DNA from: an uncultured Candidatus Saccharibacteria bacterium
GTDB taxonomy: Bacteria > Patescibacteriota > Minisyncoccia > Phycocordibacterales > SBAW01
DNA: 64,000 bases
Reading direction: 5' to 3'
Assembly (NCBI GenBank): GCA_964566795.1
Contig: CAZMIU010000001.1
Location: 214,789-278,788, forward strand
Shown here: positions 61,159-64,000 of the stretch, one piece after another
Layout: every line of letters begins with the position of its first letter
Numbering within the stretch: position 1 is the stretch's first letter
Translations under genes and position numbers: made by a program
Notes under the pieces: generated by a model
The model's database searches: none
Told to the model about the DNA's origin: nothing
Seen by the model: the letters and a program-made list of their open reading frames with translations, nothing else

Positions 61159-61644
61159 TCATTTTTCGCCCGGGAGTTTCTTTTGTGTTGTCGAGCACAA
61201 AAAGATGCGCTCCGGACGCTGCTTGCGGTACTCCCTGAGACTCTCCACCACCTTGGACACCGAGAACTTAGGGCTGTACGGGTAGATAAACAGACGCTCG
61301 GGCACATAGCTATTGAGTGCGCCGTATGTGTGCTCGATGAGTGCAAATGATGCGCCTTCTACTCTAAAGTAACGCCTGATGCCCTCCGGGCTTTTGATGT
61401 TCTGCAAGTATATGAGACTGTCCCATCCGTCGTGGAACGTGCAATGACTCCAGTTCCTGCGAACCTGGTCGCTCTGCTCCTCGCCTTTAGTTTCGTAGCC
61501 GTAGTAGTCCTCGAGCTCAACGATATACAAGCCCCACCGGTCTCTCCATCCGCCGTGGATATTTGGGTCGCCCCACATACCCACAACATGCAGGAGCTCC
61601 TGTATGGCCTCGTCACTCACTCTTTTGTATGAAGCGCCCATGGC
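61159..61644 (-). CDS. Hypothetical cytoplasmic protein
   Basis: ORF trimmed to MGASYKRV…, which is preceded by AGGAGG. No recognisable domain. Confidence 0.5.
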   Translation of the reverse strand, partial: AMGASYKRVSDEAIQELLHVVGMWGDPNIHGGWRDRWGLYIVELEDYYGYETKGEEQSDQVRRNWSHCTFHDGWDSLIYLQNIKSPEGIRRYFRVEGASFALIEHTYGALNSYVPERLFIYPYSPKFSVSKVVESLREYRKQRPERIFLCSTTQKKLPGEK

Positions 61645-61734
61645 TCCTCCTGTGTGCTGATCTGTAAAAACTATACCGCTACGCATAAAAAAGGAAAACC
61701 CGCTCGGTAAAGCGGGGAATAGGTCGCAAGACTG

Positions 61735-61792
61735 AAATATCGGTGCTAAGCACCCATTTTTTGGGATTTTTATGGTCTAATATTTTAGGTAA
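61735..61792 (-). promoter_or_regulatory. Conserved ~55-nt AT-rich element with the GGTGCTTAGCACC palindrome (copy 2 of 2)
   Basis: Minus-strand read acctaaaatattagaccataaaaatcccaaaaaatgggtgcttagcaccg. It sits between the ASCH stop and a hairpin, ~95 nt upstream of the 61644 start. Confidence 0.35.
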
Positions 61793-61799
61793 AAACCCT

Positions 61800-62138
61800 T
61801 TATAGCTTTTTAAATTTAATGCCAAGCACGCCGTATTTTGCTTCCTCCTCTTTGGAGTAGTACTCGTACATGCTTTCAGTTTTTGTATCGATATCCTCTG
61901 CGCCAAACTCAGCAAGCGGTCGCATTGCAAACAGCTCCCTAAACGTAGGAGCGTGTATAAGCTCAACAACCTCTACCTCTACCCTTTCTATAAAATCCGG
62001 TCGCAACACCAATACAAGGTGGTCACCAACCTTGATCGCTCGGCGCCTATCGTCATTGAGCCGAGACTCAATTACCTGTGTCCCCGCCTGTATCCTCTCA
62101 AAAGGCCTGGGATGCAACCGCATTTCATGCGTCGTCAT
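61800..62138 (-). CDS. ASCH-domain protein
   Basis: MRLHPRPFERIQAGTQVIESRLNDDRRRAIKVGDHLVL shows the ASCH beta-barrel pattern. Confidence 0.6.
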   Translation of the reverse strand: MTTHEMRLHPRPFERIQAGTQVIESRLNDDRRRAIKVGDHLVLVLRPDFIERVEVEVVELIHAPTFRELFAMRPLAEFGAEDIDTKTESMYEYYSKEEEAKYGVLGIKFKKL

Positions 62139-62139
62139 G

Positions 62140-64000
62140 TTACAAGCAGACGAAGGAAGCGATGGCGTCGCCTTCGCGGAGCTTCATGACGCGGACGCCT
62201 TGGGTAGAACGGCTCAGGGACGGGATTTCTTTAAGCTCGGTGCGGATAACCTGGCCCTTTTTGGACACAACCACAATCTCATCCTCGCCTACCCCCTCCT
62301 CTTTGGAAATTATTTTGGCTGCGATAACCGGGCCGGTCTTCGGGGTCATGTTCATGGTCTTGATACCCGAGCCGCCGCGCTTTTGGATCTTGTATTCCTC
62401 CACATCGGTGGTCTTGCCGTAGCCGTTGCGCGAGACAACAAGCACCTCGAGGTTCTTAAGTCCCTTCTTAACCACATCGGCGCCCACGATACTGTCGCCA
62501 CTACCCAGCTTCATACCGCGCACGCCGCCGGCCCCGCGGCCCATGGCGCGAATGTCGCTCTCCTTAAAGCGCACACTCTGGCCCTTGGCAGTGCTCAAGA
62601 ATATCTCGTCGCCCTTCTCCACGAGCATCGCAGAAATAAGCTCATCGCCCTTTTGCAGCTTCATCGCAATAAGTCCTGAGCGGCGCACATCGTGGAACGC
62701 GGTGGCGTCCACCTTCTTGGCAACGCCTTGTGCTGTCACCATGTACAAAAACTTCTCGCCCTCTTTTTGGCCCTTGCGCATCGGGAGTACGCTCGTGACC
62801 CTCTCGTCCCCAGAGAGCTGCAGGAAGTTGACGATAGCTTTGCCCTTGGTCGAGCGCTTGCCTTCCGGGATATCGTACATCTTAAGGCTGTAGGCCTTGC
62901 CTTGGTTGGTAAAGAAGAGCAAGTCGCTATGGGTCGAGGTCGTGAGGAAGGTGGTTACAAAGTCCTCCTCCTTGGTGTCGAGGTCTATCACACCCACGCC
63001 GCCGCGTTTTTGCTTGCGGTACTCATCTGGATTGGTGCGCTTAACATAGCCGCCCTGGGTCAGGACCAGCACCTGCTCGTCGTCCGGCACCAGGTCCTCT
63101 ACGTTAATCACGCCCGCGGCGCCCTTCATGACATGGGTCATGCGCTCGTCGCCAAAGCGCTTGGCAAGCTCGACAATCTCCGTCTTGATAAGCGCAAGCA
63201 TCTTCTTGTCGCTCGCGAGGAGTGCGGTGAGCTCCTCTATAAGGGCCTGTACCTCGGCCAACTCGTCCTCTATCTTTTTGCGCTCGAGGTTGGCAAGGCG
63301 GCTCAGGCGCATCTCCAAAATCGCAGTGGCCTGGAGGTCGGAGAACTTATACTTTTTAACAATATTGGCGTGCGCCTCCGGCACATCCTTAGAGGCGCGG
63401 ATGGTCTTGATAAGCTCGTCTATGATATCGAGCGCCTTCTTAAGGCCCAGCAAGATATGCTCGCGGTCTTGTGCGCGGGTTAGGTCAAACAGCGTGCGGC
63501 GGCGCACCACCTCGCGGCGGTGCTTGATAAACTCCTCCAAAATGCCCTTGAGCGAGAGTGTCTGCGGCACGCCGTCGACAAGCACCACCATATTAAAGTG
63601 GAACGTGTCCTCAAGCGCCGTGTGCTTGTAGAGGTAGTTGAGGACCTTCTGCGGGTGGCCGCCTGCCTTAAGCTCTATGACGATGCGGATGTCCTTTGTC
63701 GACTCGTCGCGCAGGCCGCGTATGCCCTCTATTTTCTTTTCGCGCACAAGGTCTGCAATCCGCATGATAAGGTCGGCCTTGTTAACACGGTACGGTATGG
63801 AGGTAACCACAATACTAAAGTCGCCCTTCTTGCCCTCGACAATCTCAGCGTTGCCGCGCACCACAACGCCGCCCTTGCCTGTGCTGTAGGCATGGAGCAG
63901 ATCCTTCTTGTTAAACGCAACCGCTCCCGTTGGGAAGTCGGGGCCGGATATATACTCCATCAAGTCCTCTACCGTTGCATCCGGGTGCTCTATAAGATGT
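62140..64000 (-). CDS. gyrA: DNA gyrase subunit A, C-terminal ~620 aa; the N-terminus lies beyond the window end
   Basis: The translation spans the end of the breakage-reunion domain, the coiled-coil/tower region and the C-terminal beta-pinwheel with the GyrA box (QRRGGVG-like KRGGVGVIDL). The reading frame stays open to position 64000. Confidence 0.9.
   Translation of the reverse strand, partial: HLIEHPDATVEDLMEYISGPDFPTGAVAFNKKDLLHAYSTGKGGVVVRGNAEIVEGKKGDFSIVVTSIPYRVNKADLIMRIADLVREKKIEGIRGLRDESTKDIRIVIELKAGGHPQKVLNYLYKHTALEDTFHFNMVVLVDGVPQTLSLKGILEEFIKHRREVVRRRTLFDLTRAQDREHILLGLKKALDIIDELIKTIRASKDVPEAHANIVKKYKFSDLQATAILEMRLSRLANLERKKIEDELAEVQALIEELTALLASDKKMLALIKTEIVELAKRFGDERMTHVMKGAAGVINVEDLVPDDEQVLVLTQGGYVKRTNPDEYRKQKRGGVGVIDLDTKEEDFVTTFLTTSTHSDLLFFTNQGKAYSLKMYDIPEGKRSTKGKAIVNFLQLSGDERVTSVLPMRKGQKEGEKFLYMVTAQGVAKKVDATAFHDVRRSGLIAMKLQKGDELISAMLVEKGDEIFLSTAKGQSVRFKESDIRAMGRGAGGVRGMKLGSGDSIVGADVVKKGLKNLEVLVVSRNGYGKTTDVEEYKIQKRGGSGIKTMNMTPKTGPVIAAKIISKEEGVGEDEIVVVSKKGQVIRTELKEIPSLSRSTQGVRVMKLREGDAIASFVCL

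Noticed and set aside
1-64000. CRISPR arrays, rRNA genes, IS elements or transposases.
   Set aside because: No evenly spaced direct repeats with unique spacers are present. The only tandem repeats are in-frame coding repeats (Gly13, DNDGDG modules, SGYS hexapeptides). There are no 16S/23S-like conserved blocks, and no DDE or serine-recombinase motifs in any frame I read.

Overview
This 64-kb window is GC-rich and gene-dense, with short intergenic spacers. The gene content points to a reduced-genome bacterium with a Gram-positive-type envelope. My inference is a Candidate Phyla Radiation / Patescibacteria-like lineage, based on a short IF-2, a Rel protein without its C-terminal regulatory domain, a short DnaX, most tRNA genes lacking an encoded CCA, a sortase, and many small secreted or membrane proteins. 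About 45 kb on the right side is a housekeeping backbone: msrA, rarA, rsuA, cspA, rlmH, dnaX, dus, ftsQ-like, serS, dprA, topA, rel, parB, miaA, rpmG, clpB, iscS-like, infB, rbfA, an N-terminally truncated gyrA at the window edge, and 8 tRNAs. The left ~15 kb is an accessory cell-surface island. It carries an archaeal-type signal peptidase SipW followed by three paralogous TasA/camelysin-like proteins; two of them carry the canonical SipW-cognate AFFSD signal, which suggests a TasA-like fibre or biofilm-matrix system. Around them are large repeat-rich secreted proteins with peptidoglycan-binding C-termini, Asp-rich calcium-binding repeat proteins, and a GT2 glycosyltransferase. A second accessory region at 52.3-57.2 kb sits behind a four-tRNA cluster. 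It has a strong sigma70-like promoter, an SPFH-domain protein, a polytopic membrane protein, an SGYSxx hexapeptide-repeat secreted protein, and a tandem array of five paralogous two-helix VirB2/TrbC-pilin-like membrane proteins. A sixth copy of that module is embedded in a 587-aa secreted protein that also ends in a lytic-transglycosylase (SLT) domain, at 42.8-44.6 kb. Other oddities are a tRNA-Gln-derived structured element beside the genuine tRNA-Gln, a sortase with a convergent mini-substrate (VPNTG), a conserved ~55-nt intergenic element with a GGTGCTWAGCACC palindrome at two loci, and a dispersed double-hairpin repeat. I found no CRISPR array, rRNA, integrase or transposase. All coordinates were derived by eye from the sequence and the ORF track; small RNA and terminator coordinates may be off by 1-2 nt.
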